A DNA stretch of 58,706 nucleotides from an uncultured Christensenella sp. (GCA_905210905.1 CAJLYQ010000002.1:1-58706); one strand, 5' to 3'. Shown: positions 10,564-21,176, counted from the first letter of the stretch. Numbers and translations: made by a program. Notes: generated from the sequence alone by a model not told the origin.

Positions 10564-11540
10564 TCCGTCACTCCGTCAGGTATAAATATTTTTTTAGCAA
10601 GTCCGATTGCATAAGTATCGCTCATCGACGCAAGATAGTCGCACACGAAAGTCGTTACGTCCGTAACGCATTCCGGATGCGGAACTTCGTCCGGGTGAGT
10701 AATAAAGTACTTGAAAAGTATATTAAGCATTCTGTCCGCTTTCATTTGCAACGCTTCGCCCGAGGCGTTAAAATAAACTCTGTCAAACATAAAATCACGA
10801 AGTTTATTCATATAATAATCCCCTTCGTCGCTTAAAGAAATTTTGTTTTTTCCGTAACTGTGTTCGACGATATCGTTTACGAGCGTATTTATTCGTTCGC
10901 CTTTGGTTTTGCCCAAAAACTTAACGCAATCGACGGGCAAATCGCTTTCTTTAATAACTCCTTCCCTTATCGCGTCGCTTATATCGTGGTTAATGTAAGC
11001 AATTCTGTCGGCATACGACACGACTTTACCTTCGAGCGTACAAGGCTTGCCGCTGCTTTTGTGCTGCAAAATACCGTCTCTTACTTCATAGGTAAGATTA
11101 AGCCCTTTACCGTCGTTTTCCAAAATATCGACAACGCGCAAACTTTGTTCGTTGTGCATAAAATGTCCCGTCAACGCATTAAGCACTCTTTCTCCAGCAT
11201 GGCCGAACGGCGTATGCCCCAAATCGTGACCTAAACCTATTGCCTCGGTAAGATCTTCGTTCAAAAGCAATGCTCTGGAAATCGTCCTTGCAATCTGCGT
11301 AACTTCAAGCGTATGGGTAAGACGAGTACGATAATGGTCGTCAAGCGGACGAAGAAAAACCTGAGTCTTATGTTTAAGCCGCCTGAACGCTTTGCAGTGA
11401 ATTATTCTGTCCCTGTCGCGTTGATATTCCGTCCTGTAAGGACAAGGCTCGATCTCTACGAGCCTTCCGCGAGTATCTTCGCTTTTCTGCGCGTAAGGAC
11501 TAAGAAAATTCCTTTCGTATTCGAGTTGATGCTCTTTCAT
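10560..11540 (-). CDS. dgt: dGTP triphosphohydrolase-like HD-domain protein
   Basis: HD motif GHDLGHTPFGH. The ATG at 11540 follows a GGAGGG RBS; the ORF track start at 11567 is less likely. Confidence 0.85.
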   Translation of the reverse strand: MKEHQLEYERNFLSPYAQKSEDTRGRLVEIEPCPYRTEYQRDRDRIIHCKAFRRLKHKTQVFLRPLDDHYRTRLTHTLEVTQIARTISRALLLNEDLTEAIGLGHDLGHTPFGHAGERVLNALTGHFMHNEQSLRVVDILENDGKGLNLTYEVRDGILQHKSSGKPCTLEGKVVSYADRIAYINHDISDAIREGVIKESDLPVDCVKFLGKTKGERINTLVNDIVEHSYGKNKISLSDEGDYYMNKLRDFMFDRVYFNASGEALQMKADRMLNILFKYFITHPDEVPHPECVTDVTTFVCDYLASMSDTYAIGLAKKIFIPDGVTE

Positions 11541-11683
11541 CGTCCCTCCTTTCCGTTTCGACCGCAATGCTTTTTATTGCTTACGATAATATGTTATTAT
11601 ATCAAAATCAGGCTCGTTTTTCAAGTAATAAGCGAAACTTTCACTTCTCTTCGCCGTTGTCCCAAAACAATCGCATAGAAAAC

Positions 11684-11707
11684 AGGACGCCCTTTTTAGG
11701 ACGTCCT
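11684..11707 (-). terminator. hairpin downstream of trpB2
   Basis: AGGACG..CGTCCT stem followed by GTTTTCT on the minus strand. Confidence 0.5.
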
Positions 11708-11728
11708 AAATCGATTTAACGGTTACCT

Positions 11729-13120
11729 TTAATCGCGATTCAACTCTTCCGGAACGTTCGGCAGATTAGCAAGTCCGCGCGAGATATCTTCGTCGGTAGG
11801 AATATAATCGCTCATCTCACGGTCGTTATACGCTTTGTATGCTTTAAGGTCGAAATACCCTGTGCCGGTCAAACCGAAAAGAATTACTTTCTTCTCGCCG
11901 GTTTCTTTACACTTAAGCGCTTCGTCTATCGTCGCTTTTATTGCGTGAGAACTCTCCGGCGCGGGCAAAATTCCTTCACACCTTGCAAAGCGTTCCGCCG
12001 CTTCGAAGACTTTAGTCTGTTCTACCGAAACGGCTTCCATATATCCGTCGTGATATAGTTTGCTGAGCGTAGGACTCATACCGTGATATCTTAAACCGCC
12101 TGCATGGTTGGGTGACGGCATAAAACCGCTACCGAGAGTGTACATCTTAGCGAGCGGAGTCATTTTGCCGGTATCACAGTAATCGTATCTGTAAGATCCG
12201 CGTGTAAGCGACGGACAACTTGCCGGTTCTACCGCAATAAACCTATAATCTGCCTCACCGCGTAACTTCTCACCCATAAAAGGTGCGATAAGTCCGCCTA
12301 AATTGCTGCCACCCCCGGCGCAACCGATGATTATATCGGGTTTAACGCCGTATTTATCCAATGCAGTTTTGCACTCCAAGCCTATTATGCTTTGGTGAAG
12401 CATTACCTGATCCAATACGCTTCCGAGAACGTATTTGGAATTCGGTACGCTCGTCGCGCACTCTACCGCTTCGCTTATAGCGCAACCCAAACTACCGCCC
12501 GTTCCGGGAAATTCTTTAAGAATTCGTCTACCTACTTCCGTCGTATCGCTCGGACTGGGAATAACGTTTGCTCCGTACGTTCTCATTACTTCGCGCCTGA
12601 ACGGTTTTTGCTCGCTACTTACCTTAACCATAAAAACGTCAAGCGGAATTTTATAAAAAGCACATGCCATCGAAAGAGCCGTACCCCACTGCCCTGCGCC
12701 GGTTTCGGTGGTTAAGTGCGTTATTCCTTGTTGTTTTGCATAGTAAACCTGCGCGACAGCCGAGTTAAGTTTATGCGACCCGGAAGTATTGTTGCCTTCA
12801 AATTTGTAGTATATTTCGGCAGGAGTATCGAGTTCTTTTTCCAACCAATACGCCCTGACGAGCGGCGACGGACGGAACATCGTGTAAAAGTCTCTTATTC
12901 CTTCGGGTATTTCTATAAATTGCGTGCTTTGGTCAAGTTCTTGCTTAACGAGTTCGTCGCAAAAAATGTGTCCTAAGTCCTCTGCCGTAACCTTTTCAAG
13001 CGTGGCGGGATTAAGATAAGGCGCATGTTTAACTTTCATATCCGCACGCAGATTATACCAGTATCTCGGCATCTCGTCTTCTGTCAGGTAAATCTTTGTC
13101 GGAATGCGTTTGTTTTTCAT
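11729..13120 (-). CDS. trpB: TrpB-like PLP enzyme (tryptophan synthase beta, type 2)
   Basis: 463 aa with the PLP-lysine motif GSHKLNSA. The long N-terminus and overall pattern fit the TrpB2 class. No trpA or other trp genes are adjacent. Confidence 0.85.
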   Translation of the reverse strand: MKNKRIPTKIYLTEDEMPRYWYNLRADMKVKHAPYLNPATLEKVTAEDLGHIFCDELVKQELDQSTQFIEIPEGIRDFYTMFRPSPLVRAYWLEKELDTPAEIYYKFEGNNTSGSHKLNSAVAQVYYAKQQGITHLTTETGAGQWGTALSMACAFYKIPLDVFMVKVSSEQKPFRREVMRTYGANVIPSPSDTTEVGRRILKEFPGTGGSLGCAISEAVECATSVPNSKYVLGSVLDQVMLHQSIIGLECKTALDKYGVKPDIIIGCAGGGSNLGGLIAPFMGEKLRGEADYRFIAVEPASCPSLTRGSYRYDYCDTGKMTPLAKMYTLGSGFMPSPNHAGGLRYHGMSPTLSKLYHDGYMEAVSVEQTKVFEAAERFARCEGILPAPESSHAIKATIDEALKCKETGEKKVILFGLTGTGYFDLKAYKAYNDREMSDYIPTDEDISRGLANLPNVPEELNRD

Positions 13121-13410
13121 TTTTTCTGTTCTCCTTCTCTTTTTTATATGAAAAAACGGCGAATCCGCTTTGGGACGAATTCACCGTGTTGCCACCCAAT
13201 TTCATAGTCTAATCGCTTAAACTACCTTAATAACAGTACTACCATACTGTCTTCCTTTAACGCAGGAACTTACGTCGGAAACTACTACAATTTTCGCTCC
13301 CGCCCTCAATAGTCCATTCAACAAATTTCCGCTGTTCCGTCACACCACCCCGAAACTCTCTGAAAACTTCGATATGTCTACTACTCTATCTCAACGGTTT
13401 GTTAAGTTAT
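13121..13410 (-). promoter_or_regulatory. T-box riboswitch leader, Trp specifier (TGG)
   Basis: Read on the minus strand. Stem I has CAGAGAG..GGTGGTGTGA. The specifier loop is GAA-TGG-A (TGG at 13316..13314). The T-box is AAATTGGGTGGCAACACGG (13200..13182). The terminator is CGGTGAAT..ATTCGCCG+TTTTTT (13186..13151). Confidence 0.85.
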
Positions 13411-13416
13411 ATTTTC

Positions 13417-13445
13417 ATAATAACATCGCGTTAAGTCGATGTCAA
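13417..13445 (-). promoter_or_regulatory. sigma-A-type promoter for the Trp T-box/trpB2
   Basis: TTGACA (13445..13440), a 17-nt spacer, then TATTAT (13422..13417). Confidence 0.65.
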
Positions 13446-13461
13446 ACGTTTTTCTTAAAAA

Positions 13462-14232
13462 TTATAAATTTATTTCAGGCACATTATGCGTCGTTTTCCC
13501 ACCTACGACGTAAAATCCTTCGGCGTAAAACTTGAACGAACGCAATCCGTTTCTCAATGCCGTCAATTTGATAAGGCTTTTATACGCTCGCATATAACCG
13601 AATTTATCCAAATCCTTCTTCGGTAAAAGAGAATTCTGCGCCATAACCGCTTGAAGTTTCATCTCTAAACATCCGTTTACACATATATATGCGTTATTCC
13701 TTACCGAATTGTAAAAAGATAACGCTTTAATTCTTAACGTATTGCAGTTTAGTTTTTCTGCAGTAGTTACGTTTTTCAACAATTCAATCGCTCTGACTGT
13801 CGCTTTCGAAGTAATTTCGTCGGCAAAAAGAAGTTCGTTCGGCGTAGTATAATCGTCTACGAAAACTACGTCCGGGCGAAAAGCGTCGATTACTTTTGCG
13901 ATTTCGTTCGTTATCTCTTCGAATTCGATTTTATCGCACTCGCTAAACGGTAAAAATTCGACTTCCTTAACGCCTAATATCGCCGCAGACAGAAGCGCTT
14001 CTTTTTTTCGTAACTCCGCTCTTTCCGTAATATTTTCGGGTTGAGCGATCGATAAACAAGAGTCGGTCGTAATTAAGAACTTAACTTCTTTTCCCGATCC
14101 GATAAGTTTTTTAACCGTTCCGCCGGCGGCTTTGGGAATATCGTCCGCGTGAGCGGCAACGAATAAAAATTTATCGTATTTCTCGATTTTCGGTGTAGGC
14201 GCAACCTTTTTTATAAGTTTTGAATAGCACAT
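13462..14232 (-). CDS. PIG-L/LmbE-family deacetylase-like protein
   Basis: 256 aa. FVAAHADDIPKAAGG resembles the AHPDD motif of the PIG-L family. Confidence 0.55.
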   Translation of the reverse strand: MCYSKLIKKVAPTPKIEKYDKFLFVAAHADDIPKAAGGTVKKLIGSGKEVKFLITTDSCLSIAQPENITERAELRKKEALLSAAILGVKEVEFLPFSECDKIEFEEITNEIAKVIDAFRPDVVFVDDYTTPNELLFADEITSKATVRAIELLKNVTTAEKLNCNTLRIKALSFYNSVRNNAYICVNGCLEMKLQAVMAQNSLLPKKDLDKFGYMRAYKSLIKLTALRNGLRSFKFYAEGFYVVGGKTTHNVPEINL

Positions 14233-14326
14233 ATTTCTCCGTTGTTATTTGTTGATAATTAAACGCCGTATTTTGAAAAAAAGTGCGAGAAATTCTCGCA
14301 CTGTTTCGTGGTTCGTTAAATTTAAT

Positions 14327-14638
14327 TTATACTTCGGTCTCGTCCTTAACTTCGGGTTCGAGGTCGGACGCGACTTCGGCTTTGTTCTCTTCTTCCGCAT
14401 AAGGAGTGAAAGGCGCAATTTTACCTTCTTCCTTAAACTTCTTGTATGCGTTAAGATACTGATCTATATAATCGTTTTTGTATGCATTATAATACTCGGT
14501 AAAATAATCCCTGTTACCGTTTGCGTCATAAGCAGGCTCGGGCTTTTTCAGTTCGAAACTGTCAAACGGATTTGCCGGCGCAACTTCCGCTACGGCGGGA
14601 GCAACTTTTTTCTTTCTTTTACACATACTATCCTCCAT
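14327..14638 (-). CDS. hypothetical small acidic protein
   Basis: 103-aa ORF with no recognisable motif. Its true start is probably an internal Met. Confidence 0.35.
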   Translation of the reverse strand: MEDSMCKRKKKVAPAVAEVAPANPFDSFELKKPEPAYDANGNRDYFTEYYNAYKNDYIDQYLNAYKKFKEEGKIAPFTPYAEEENKAEVASDLEPEVKDETEV

Positions 14639-14788
14639 TTCGTCGAATATGATAAAATTATATCACATCACAACGCTAAAATCAATATCTTTTTCTTGTA
14701 AAAACCATCGATTATAAGTGTTTTTGCAAAAATCGAACTTAATATTTCCCTTTTGTCCGATTTTTTCGTCACACCCGATAGTCGTAAA

Positions 14789-16312
14789 TCAATACAACGC
14801 TTTGCCCGTCATTTCTTCGGGTTGCGGAACGTTCATCATTTTGAGAAGCGTAGGCGCAACGTCGGCAAGAGTACCGTTATGCATTTCGCATTTTTTGTCG
14901 GTAACGAGCACGATCGGAACAGGGTTCGTCGTGTGTGCGGTAAACGGTCCGTTTTCGTCAAACATCTTGTCCGCATTGCCATGGTCCGCAGTAACGATTG
15001 CTTCGCCGCCGGTATAAATTATCGCGTCGATAACCTTTTTAAGTTGTTCGTCAACGGTTTGTACTGCCTTAACCGCCGCGTCGAAAACTCCGGTATGTCC
15101 GACCATATCGCAGTTGGCGAAGTTTAGAATTAAAACGTCGTATTCTCCGCTTCTTACGAGTACGGCGGCTTTGTCCGCTACCTCTACCGCGCTCATTTCG
15201 GGTTGCATATCGTAAGTGGCAACCTTCGGCGACGGAATAAGAACTCTGTCTTCGTTTTCGTTGGCTTTTTCTACACCGCCGTTAAAGAAAAACGTTACGT
15301 GCGCATATTTTTCGGTTTCCGCAATTCTAAGTTGTTTCAGTCCGAGCGAAGAAATGTATTCTCCGAGCGTATTTTTCAAACTTTGCGGTTTGAAAGCAAT
15401 TTCAAGATACGGAGCAAACGAAGCGTCGTACTGCGTCATACCCACGTAAAAAGGTTTCAAATACCCCTTCTTTCTTTCAAAACCGGTAAAATCGGGAGTT
15501 ATGAACGCTCTCGAAATTTCACGCGCTCTGTCGGGACGGAAATTATAGAAGAAAATACTGTCGCCTTCGTCAACCGTAGCAACGGGTTTCCCGTTTTCGC
15601 AAACAACCTTAGGCTTCACGAATTCGTCGGTTACTCCTTCCGCGTAACTGTTCTCCACCGCCGCAATAGGATCGGTGCATTGTTCGCCTTCTCCCAAAGT
15701 AAGCGCGTTATACGCTTTTTCCACTCTTTCCCAACGGTTATCTCTGTCCATTGCGTAGAATCTGCCCTGAACGGTTGCGATTTTGCCGAACTTTTCCGCT
15801 TTTATAAAATCGGAAAGTTGTCTGATAAAATCTGCGCCGCTCTTCGGCGGAACGTCACGACCGTCAAGGAAGCAGTGAACGTAAACGTTGTCGAGTCCTT
15901 CATTCTTCGCCATCTTAATGATTGCAAAAAGATGTTCGATATGAGAATGAACGCCGCCGTTGCTCAAAAGTCCGTAGGTGTGGAACTTTTTACCGTTCTC
16001 TTTTGCGTGGTGCATAGCGTCGAGTATCGCTTGATTCTTTTGAAACTCCCCGTCTTTTATCGCTTTCGTTATTCTCGTAAGTTCCTGATAAACCACGCGA
16101 CCGGCACCCATATTAAGATGTCCTACTTCGCTGTTTCCCATTTGTCCGTCGGGAAGACCGACGTCCATTCCGGACGCACCGAGTTGCGCGTGCGGATATT
16201 TGGCAAGAAGGGACTTAAAGTACGGCGTGCCTTCGGTTGCGATGGCGTTACCTTTGATTTCGGGGTTAATACCGAAACCGTCAAGTATAATCAGTCCGTA
16301 TGTTTTTTTCAT
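14789..16312 (-). CDS. gpmI: 2,3-bisphosphoglycerate-independent phosphoglycerate mutase
   Basis: 507 aa with GNSEVGHLNMGAGR and ADHGNA motifs. Confidence 0.96.
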   Translation of the reverse strand: MKKTYGLIILDGFGINPEIKGNAIATEGTPYFKSLLAKYPHAQLGASGMDVGLPDGQMGNSEVGHLNMGAGRVVYQELTRITKAIKDGEFQKNQAILDAMHHAKENGKKFHTYGLLSNGGVHSHIEHLFAIIKMAKNEGLDNVYVHCFLDGRDVPPKSGADFIRQLSDFIKAEKFGKIATVQGRFYAMDRDNRWERVEKAYNALTLGEGEQCTDPIAAVENSYAEGVTDEFVKPKVVCENGKPVATVDEGDSIFFYNFRPDRAREISRAFITPDFTGFERKKGYLKPFYVGMTQYDASFAPYLEIAFKPQSLKNTLGEYISSLGLKQLRIAETEKYAHVTFFFNGGVEKANENEDRVLIPSPKVATYDMQPEMSAVEVADKAAVLVRSGEYDVLILNFANCDMVGHTGVFDAAVKAVQTVDEQLKKVIDAIIYTGGEAIVTADHGNADKMFDENGPFTAHTTNPVPIVLVTDKKCEMHNGTLADVAPTLLKMMNVPQPEEMTGKALY

Positions 16313-16373
16313 ATTAGCCTCTTTTCTTAAAAGTGCGTGTCGCTAAAAAAACGGCACGCACGGAATTTATAAA

Positions 16374-17120
16374 TTAGTAGTTTACGACTTTTGCGAAGTC
16401 TTCCGCTTTAAGGCTTGCTCCGCCGATAAGCCCGCCGTCGATTTGTTCCATCGCCATAAGTTCGGAAGCGTTCTTCGGGTTCATACTGCCGCCGTACTGG
16501 ATACGAATGGAATTCGCACTTGCTCTTCCGTAGAGTTTTCTGACAACTTTACGAATAATCTTAATGGTGTCGTTTGCGTCCTGAGCGGTAGCGGTTCTTC
16601 CCGTTCCGATCGCCCATACGGGTTCGTACGCAATAACGATATTCTTAAGTTCTTGCTTGGTGATGTCTTTGAGTGCGCCGATGGTTTGTCTGGTAACGAC
16701 TTCTGCGGTCTTTCCGCTTTCTCTTTCTTCGAGAAGTTCGCCTACGCATACGATAACTTTAAGTCCTGCGTTGAGCGCCGCTTTCGTTCTGAGATTGACG
16801 GTTTCGTCGGTTTCGCCGAAGTATTGACGTCTTTCGCTATGTCCGGTGATAACGTAACTAACTTTGAGTTCTTTGAGCATTTGCGCGCTGATTTCTCCGG
16901 TAAACGCTCCTTTTTCTGCCCAGTGTACGTTTTGTGCGCCGATTTGTATATTCGAACCTCTCGCCGCTTTTCTTGCGGTAACAATATCCGTGAAAGGAAC
17001 GCAGCAAACGACTTCGCATTTAGCGTCCTTAACCAAAGGAATCAACTCGGTGATAAGTTGCTTCGTTTCTTCGTTGGTCTTGTTCATTTTCCAGTTTCCT
17101 GCGATAATGTTCTTTTTCAT
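16374..17120 (-). CDS. tpiA: triosephosphate isomerase
   Basis: 248 aa with the AYEPVWAIGTG motif. Confidence 0.96.
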   Translation of the reverse strand: MKKNIIAGNWKMNKTNEETKQLITELIPLVKDAKCEVVCCVPFTDIVTARKAARGSNIQIGAQNVHWAEKGAFTGEISAQMLKELKVSYVITGHSERRQYFGETDETVNLRTKAALNAGLKVIVCVGELLEERESGKTAEVVTRQTIGALKDITKQELKNIVIAYEPVWAIGTGRTATAQDANDTIKIIRKVVRKLYGRASANSIRIQYGGSMNPKNASELMAMEQIDGGLIGGASLKAEDFAKVVNY

Positions 17121-17195
17121 TCTTTATTTTCTCCTTATAACGTTTATAAATTGAATTTGTTAAGTCACGATCGGCATTACGCCGACCAGAGTTTA

Positions 17196-18509
17196 TTACT
17201 TGTTGTTAAGGCAAGCAATACCGGGCAATACTTTTCCTTCGAACAGTTCGAGAGACGCTCCGCCGCCGGTAGAAATGTGGGTCATCTTATCCGCATAACC
17301 GAGTTGCGCAACCGCAGCCGCACTGTCTCCGCCGCCGATAATCGTGGTAGCGTCTTTTGCGTCGGCAAGCGCTTTCGCAACCGCGTTCGTTCCTGCCGCA
17401 AGTACGGGGTTTTCGAAAACGCCCATAGGTCCGTTCCAAATAACCGTCTTTGCAGTGCTGACCGCTTCCGCATAAAGTTTACGCGTTTCAACGCCGATAT
17501 CGAGAGCCATCATATCCGCAGGGATCTCGTGAATATCTACGTTCTTAATTTCGATAGGCGCGTCGATGGGGTTCGGGAAATCTTTAACGATGGAAGCGTC
17601 AACGGGCAAATAAAGTTTTTTGCCGTTTTCTTTCGCTTTCTTAATCATATTAAGACAATACTCGATTTTCTCGTCGTCAACGAGGGAAGTTCCTACTTCG
17701 ATACCTTGCGCTTTAAGGAAGGTGTAAGCCATTCCGCCGCCGATTATAAGCGTATCGCACTTGTTGAGAAGATTGTCGATAACGTTAAGTTTGTCGGCAA
17801 TTTTCGCTCCGCCTAAGATGGCAACGAACGGACGAACGGGATTTTCGAGTGCGTCTGCCATAACGGAAAGTTCTTTTTCGATAAGGAATCCGCAAACCGC
17901 AGTCTTAACGAAACCGTATTCAACGATTGCAGCGGTAGAAGCGTGCGAGCGGTGAGCCGTTCCGAATGCATCGTTTACGTAAATGTCGCAGAAAGATGCA
18001 AGTTCTTTACAGAATTGCTCGTCTCTTCCTTCTTCGCCTGCGTCGAAACGAAGGTTTTCGAGAAGTACGCATTCTCCGTCTTTAAGAGCGGCGACTTTCG
18101 CTTTCGCGTCTTCGCCTACGATATCTTTGGCAAAAGTAACCTTGCCGTCAAGAAGTTGGTTAAGTCTGTCTGCAACGGGTTTAAGCGTAAACTTCTTAAT
18201 ATCGTTTTTCGCTTTTTCAAGCGCAGCCGCTTTTGCCGCCGCCTGTTCCGCTTCGGGAAGCGCGGCTATCGCTTTCTTTTCTTTTTTGTTCAGTCCGAAT
18301 CCGGGCGTGAAAATATTATGCGGTTTCCCCATGTGAGAACACAGTATAACTTTCGCTCCGTGTTCCATAAGATATTTGATGGTGGGCAGAGCGCCGTTGA
18401 TACGGTTTTCGTCGGTAATCACTCCGTCTTTCATCGGTACGTTAAAGTCGCATCTAACTAGACACTTTTTGCCTTTTACGTCAACATCTCGTATGGTCTT
18501 TTTATTCAT
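17196..18509 (-). CDS. pgk: phosphoglycerate kinase (long form with ~37-aa insert)
   Basis: 437 aa with RCDFNVP and GGGDSAAA motifs. There is an insert after SHMGKP. Confidence 0.95.
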   Translation of the reverse strand: MNKKTIRDVDVKGKKCLVRCDFNVPMKDGVITDENRINGALPTIKYLMEHGAKVILCSHMGKPHNIFTPGFGLNKKEKKAIAALPEAEQAAAKAAALEKAKNDIKKFTLKPVADRLNQLLDGKVTFAKDIVGEDAKAKVAALKDGECVLLENLRFDAGEEGRDEQFCKELASFCDIYVNDAFGTAHRSHASTAAIVEYGFVKTAVCGFLIEKELSVMADALENPVRPFVAILGGAKIADKLNVIDNLLNKCDTLIIGGGMAYTFLKAQGIEVGTSLVDDEKIEYCLNMIKKAKENGKKLYLPVDASIVKDFPNPIDAPIEIKNVDIHEIPADMMALDIGVETRKLYAEAVSTAKTVIWNGPMGVFENPVLAAGTNAVAKALADAKDATTIIGGGDSAAAVAQLGYADKMTHISTGGGASLELFEGKVLPGIACLNNK

Positions 18510-18563
18510 AAATCGTTCTCCTTTTTAAGGGTAATTATCGTACCGCTTTCCGCGGTTATTTAT

Positions 18564-18592
18564 ATTGTACCATTATTTTTCCCCTTAGTAAA
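18564..18592 (-). promoter_or_regulatory. candidate promoter of pgk-tpiA-gpmI
   Basis: TTTACT (18592..18587), a 17-nt spacer, then TACAAT (18569..18564), preceded by TGg (extended -10). Confidence 0.5.
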
Positions 18593-18660
18593 CTGTTTAT
18601 TTGCTTTTTATCGCAAATAACTTACAAAAAAGCCTTTTTTGCAACTTAAAAATAGAACGC

Positions 18661-19287
18661 TTATTCTAAGCGACCGAGTTTGAGAAAAGCAATGGGTGAG
18701 CGGGCGGGGCTTTCTCGTACGTCGAAAGCAAACGGTTCGCCAAGCGGTACGCACTCTGCACGCGTATCGTTTTTCACGACGACGTCGGAATAAACGGAAA
18801 CAAACTCGTCGCCAAACGCTCCGTGTCCTTTAACCGCCTTAACGTACTCTCCGGAAAACTCGTCGAGCGTCTGATGCAAAATAAAATCCGCTCCGCACGA
18901 AAAACAGTTCGCGCTTTGCGGACAAATAAAGTCTTTGCCGACGCTTACTCCGAATTTAACTCCACCGGCGGAAAAAACTTTTATAGACTTACCTTTAGAA
19001 ACGTCTTTTTCTGTTATGGCGTCCGCAATCCCCATAAAATAACCGCCGTCAAAAACGGCAACCGAATAGAAATCTTCGTCGTCGATCTTAACCTTTGCGC
19101 AAATCGTAACCACCTTTCCCGTTTCGAACGAAAGCGTTCTTACGATTTTAATAGCCTGCGGAATTTCATAAAACTTTGAAAAAATTATCTCTTTATGATA
19201 GTTTATTGCAATTACGTCGCTTTCCAAAACGCAAAGCGGAGCAATTTCACGATTGTTTTCAATATTAACCGCTACGATATTAACCAT
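18661..19287 (-). CDS. hypothetical protein (possible degenerate CN-hydrolase-like fold)
   Basis: 208-aa ORF. GVSVGKDFICPQS..GADFILH loosely resembles the nitrilase-superfamily core, but there is no clear catalytic Cys. Confidence 0.35.
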   Translation of the reverse strand: MVNIVAVNIENNREIAPLCVLESDVIAINYHKEIIFSKFYEIPQAIKIVRTLSFETGKVVTICAKVKIDDEDFYSVAVFDGGYFMGIADAITEKDVSKGKSIKVFSAGGVKFGVSVGKDFICPQSANCFSCGADFILHQTLDEFSGEYVKAVKGHGAFGDEFVSVYSDVVVKNDTRAECVPLGEPFAFDVRESPARSPIAFLKLGRLE

Positions 19288-19311
19288 ATTAAAAAATATG
19301 GTTTTTACGTT

Positions 19312-19959
19312 TTATTTGTTCTTAACGGACGCTCTTTTTTTTCTTAGGAGTACGATTACCGTAAACGCAACGGCAAGTCCGCCGCCAATAAGTCCGCCCG
19401 ATATGATAAGTGCCAGTTTTTGATTATAAGTAAGTCCCGTCGTAACGTTTTCCGACTTAACGAAATAATATTCCCCGTCGTAAATCACTTTCAGATATTC
19501 GCCGTAAGAAGTGTTTTTTTCTACCACAACGCTGACTTTTTGTCCGTCGTGTAAAACCTTCCCTGCCTCGCTCTTCTCGTCGTAATACTTATACAGTTTA
19601 ATTCCGTCGCCGGTTTTCTTCCCCGTTACTTTCGCAACGTAAACTTCGTATCCGTCACCGCCTACGGTATAATACAGATACGAATACGGAACGTATCCTT
19701 CATAATGAGAATTGTATCTGATTTTTACCCATTTAACGCCGTTTCCGTCAGAAATCGGTTGTTCGATTTGTTCAACGGTTTCGTTTTGTTTTATCTCGGG
19801 TATTATTTTTTCCGAAGAAAAGGACGTCTCGGAATATAGCGGCGTTTTAATTAAGGTTTTTACTACGTCGGCATTACCGGCCGCACCCGCAAAAAAGCAA
19901 AATACGACGAGCAGACACATAGCAAAAACCACTACTAACGCGCGCCGTATGCTTTTCAT
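19312..19959 (-). CDS. SH3b-like repeat membrane-anchored protein
   Basis: 215 aa with an N-terminal signal/TM (ALVVVFAMCLLVVFCFFAGA), two SH3-like segments (WVKIRYNSHYEGYVPYSYLY) and a C-terminal TM. Confidence 0.5.
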   Translation of the reverse strand: MKSIRRALVVVFAMCLLVVFCFFAGAAGNADVVKTLIKTPLYSETSFSSEKIIPEIKQNETVEQIEQPISDGNGVKWVKIRYNSHYEGYVPYSYLYYTVGGDGYEVYVAKVTGKKTGDGIKLYKYYDEKSEAGKVLHDGQKVSVVVEKNTSYGEYLKVIYDGEYYFVKSENVTTGLTYNQKLALIISGGLIGGGLAVAFTVIVLLRKKRASVKNK

Positions 19960-19982
19960 AAATCCTCCGTTTTTCGTCCCGA

Positions 19983-21176
19983 TTATTTATTATTGGTATT
20001 CATAAGGTTATGAATACGTTCGGACGAGTTGAGTAAGTCCGCTACGGACTTGTTCTGGTTGCAATAAGCAACGATATAAGCAATATATTTGCTCAAATCC
20101 GCTTCGATAAACCATTCGCAATCCTTTACGTCGGGACTCGTGTACGTAAGGTTGGTGCTGAGAACTGCCGTAAACAGTCCCTCTTCGTACGCTTTCTGAA
20201 ATTTTTCCTTTCCTTCGGTAAAGATAGCGAAAGTTGCGTTAAGGAAAATTCTCTTCGCTCCGTCTTCTTTAAGATGACGGCAAAGCCTGAGCATCGAATC
20301 TCCGGTCGCGATAATATCGTCCGCTACGAGAATATCTTTGCCTTTTACGGACGTTCCTATATAATCGTGGCTCACGATCGGGTTACGACCGTTAATAATC
20401 GTCGTATAATCTCTTCTCTTGTAGAACATACCGAGATCGAGACCGAGAACGGACGCGTAGAAAATGTTTCTGTTCATTGCGCCTTCGTCCGGCGAAACGA
20501 TCATAAACGTATCCTTGTTTATGTTTTCGTCCGGGAAATGCGTTCTGAGTGCCTTAAGAATTTGATAGGTCGGGAAGAAATTATCAAAACCCATCAACGG
20601 AACCGCATTTTGAACTCTGGGATCGTGCGCGTCGAACGTGATAATCTCGCTTACGCCCATAGCGTAAAGTTCTTGCAGCATTTGCGCGCAATCGAGCGAT
20701 TCTCTCGAATTACGTCTATGTTGTCTTCCTCCGTAAAGAATAGGCATAATAACCGTAATTCTCTCCGCTTTGCCGCCGGTTGCGGAAATAATGCGCTTAA
20801 GATCGGCATAGTGATCGTCCGGGCTCATTCTGTTCTGACTGCCTAGCATATTATAGGTAACGTTGTAATTACCCGTGTCGACGAGAATGTACAAATCCAT
20901 TCCGCGAACGCTGTCGTTTATCATTGCTTTTCCGTCGCCGGTCGTAAAACGCGGACAGGAAGAAGACAAAATAAAAGTATCCCGTTTAACAAAATCGGCA
21001 TTTCTCTTCGCTAAGTCGCGATTATACCAATTTACGAGATACCTGTCGACGAGTCTACCCATCTCTTTCGCACCCTCGAGAACGATAAGTCCGAGCGGTC
21101 CGACGGAAGACGGTTTGTCAAATACTTCTGTAAAAAATGTAGGCATATATTGCTCCCGTGTTCTTTGATATTTCAA
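19983..21176 (-). CDS. prs: ribose-phosphate pyrophosphokinase (long form)
   Basis: 397 aa with the PRPP-binding loop VADDIIATGDSM and YGGRQHRR. Confidence 0.8.
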   Translation of the reverse strand: MKYQRTREQYMPTFFTEVFDKPSSVGPLGLIVLEGAKEMGRLVDRYLVNWYNRDLAKRNADFVKRDTFILSSSCPRFTTGDGKAMINDSVRGMDLYILVDTGNYNVTYNMLGSQNRMSPDDHYADLKRIISATGGKAERITVIMPILYGGRQHRRNSRESLDCAQMLQELYAMGVSEIITFDAHDPRVQNAVPLMGFDNFFPTYQILKALRTHFPDENINKDTFMIVSPDEGAMNRNIFYASVLGLDLGMFYKRRDYTTIINGRNPIVSHDYIGTSVKGKDILVADDIIATGDSMLRLCRHLKEDGAKRIFLNATFAIFTEGKEKFQKAYEEGLFTAVLSTNLTYTSPDVKDCEWFIEADLSKYIAYIVAYCNQNKSVADLLNSSERIHNLMNTNNK

